A stretch of 63,891 bases of DNA, filler included, from Octopus bimaculoides (lineage: Eukaryota), in NCBI RefSeq assembly GCF_001194135.2. It is 5 parts of 5 records of this genome, joined end to end, with 100 filler letters (N's around TTAATTAATTAA, not from the genome) between each part and the next. Parts side by side here need not be neighbours in the genome. Positions count along the whole stretch, not along the records: positions 62,204 to 63,891 come from NC_069007.1; 4 more parts are not named here. The stretch is one strand, 5' to 3'. Under the pieces are notes generated by a model, which saw nothing but the letters and a program-made list of their open reading frames with translations, was not told the origin of the DNA and ran no database searches. The position numbers were made by a program, and so were the translations under genes. Positions 63,610 through 63,891 of this stretch are shown piece by piece; positions within the stretch are counted from its first letter, which is position 1, and each line of letters opens with the position of its first letter.

Positions 63610-63891
63610 AATGGTTAGGGCAGCGGACTCGCGGTTATAGGATCTCGGTGTCGATTCCCAGACCGGGCGTTGTTAGTGTTTATTGAGCGATAACACCTAA
63701 AGCTCCACGAGGCTCCGGCAGGGGATGGTGGCGAACCCTGCTGTACTCTTTCACCACAACTTTCTTTCACTCTTTCTTCCTGTTTCTGTTGTGCCTGTAT
63801 TTCAAAGGGCCAGCCTTGTCACACTCTGTGTCACGCTGAATATCCCCGAGAACTACGTTAAGGGTACATGTGTCTGTGGAGTGCTCAGCCA
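63610..63891 (+). mobile_element. Second copy of the same SINE (cut by the window end)
   Basis: Highly similar to 62210-62490. Confidence 0.9.

Overview
AT-rich, repeat-saturated eukaryotic DNA from a gapped assembly. The SINE families, RTE LINE tails and microsatellite load look like an octopod cephalopod (Octopus); this is inferred from recalled repeat families, not from a search. No host gene can be named, and no rRNA, tRNA gene or CRISPR array is supported. Four identical 100-bp spacers (44 N + TTAATTAATTAA + 44 N) split the window into five joined pieces, and CpG retention changes at some joins. Recognisable content is transposon-derived: piggyBac, hAT (GTF2IRD2/SPIN-like), several RTE LINEs, three Penelope-like (GIY-YIG) pieces, an R4/Dong-type LINE, a decayed Helitron, mariner fragments, MITEs and many SINEs. 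The best leads are: (1) a Penelope-like element with an uninterrupted frame of about 380 codons, a long Asn/Thr-rich insertion and a candidate hammerhead ribozyme downstream; (2) an R4/Dong LINE with a twin-priming-type 5' inversion; (3) a CpG-depleted 28-kb block with candidate minus-strand exons of an unidentified transcript; (4) a perfect 57-bp hairpin; (5) an adjacent AP-1/CRE motif pair. Repeat boundaries are approximate and were read by eye.
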